A program made the translations under genes and the position numbers. The notes under the pieces are model-generated. The model ran no database searches, was not told the DNA's origin, and worked only from the letters and a program-made list of their open reading frames with translations. From positions 96,001 through 160,000 of the forward strand of contig CAVVXT010000012.1 in assembly GCA_963752255.1 (NCBI GenBank): a stretch of DNA of 64,000 nt. Direction: 5' to 3'. Below, one piece after another: positions 63,402 to 64,000 of this stretch. The stretch is from Nitrososphaeria archaeon. GTDB taxonomy: Archaea; Thermoproteota; Nitrososphaeria; JACIWG01. How positions within the stretch are numbered: position 1 is the first letter of the stretch; every line of letters begins with the position of its first letter.

Positions 63402-64000
63402 ATGATTCCAGTGGAAAGATTATGCGTGCTCTTTAAGGTAAAATCATTGGAGGAATTGGCGAAGCTGGTCGTAGCTTCAAAGTCAACTGACGTCATGCAG
63501 TTCTTTGGGGGAATATTCGTTTCGGGAACAAATAATGTGAAATACTATTTCACCTTCGGTGACCCTGAGGAGGTAAGCGAATTTATGAACGTCTATTTTA
63601 CAGAAGGAGAAGAAATGGGGGGAAAGTTCTTGAAGTTTCCCGTTGCAGGTGGTGATGGCAAGATCGCTCCCGCACAGGGGATAGAAGGTTCAGACATCTT
63701 CATTCCCTTTATATATGTTGACGATAAGGTGGACTATAGGGATTTCCCCAAAGCTTCACCGCTACTTGTGAAAACCAAGAGCTTTGAAGACCTTCTAAGA
63801 TCGGCTCTTGGTTGGCCAACAGTCAGAGGTACCTTCCTGCTATATACTTGGAAACATAATGGTAGTAATGTCTACACTCTAAAGCTCACACAAAGAATTT
63901 TTGATAAATGCAGAAGAATATATTTTACCTATCTCACTGACAAAGAAGTTACAGGGAATTTCATAAAATATAGGGTTACAAACATCGAAGAATGGAAGGC
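63402..64000 (+). CDS. Hypothetical protein with internal domain duplication (3'-partial)
   Basis: ORF open to the window end (MIPVERLCVLFKVKSLEELAKL...); absent from the ORF track. Confidence 0.7.
   Translation, partial: MIPVERLCVLFKVKSLEELAKLVVASKSTDVMQFFGGIFVSGTNNVKYYFTFGDPEEVSEFMNVYFTEGEEMGGKFLKFPVAGGDGKIAPAQGIEGSDIFIPFIYVDDKVDYRDFPKASPLLVKTKSFEDLLRSALGWPTVRGTFLLYTWKHNGSNVYTLKLTQRIFDKCRRIYFTYLTDKEVTGNFIKYRVTNIEEWK

Overview
Archaeal chromosomal segment, most consistent with a TACK/Thermoproteota anaerobe such as a Bathyarchaeia- or Brockarchaeota-like organism. This placement is inferred from the A1:U72 tRNA-Gln, the LysW-based Arg/Lys pathway and the MtaB/MtaC genes without mcr. Contents in order: partial tdh; PMT, DPM-synthase and GT2 glycosylation genes; a long transaldolase; a corrinoid methyl-transfer cluster (URO-D-like, RACo, ThyA-like, MtaB, MtaC); glmS with a divergent regulator; a catabolic cluster with a Dpp ABC transporter; an argG-argH-lysW-argX-lysYZJ-lysM-HCS-lysX-lysK cluster; ROK kinase; trmO; an htpX + ubiquitin-fold gene pair; SOD; tRNA-Gln(CUG) followed by a ~7 kb decayed accessory region; pterin genes; galT-like, pgk and a bacterial-type gap. 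The most striking signal is a pair of directly repeated GYD-domain genes with a near-identical promoter. They differ at 23 amino acids but only 2 synonymous codons, and they bracket a nucleotidyltransferase-kinase fusion. Eight frame-disrupting indels in otherwise intact genes look like long-read assembly errors. All assignments come from motif recognition by eye; no searches were run.
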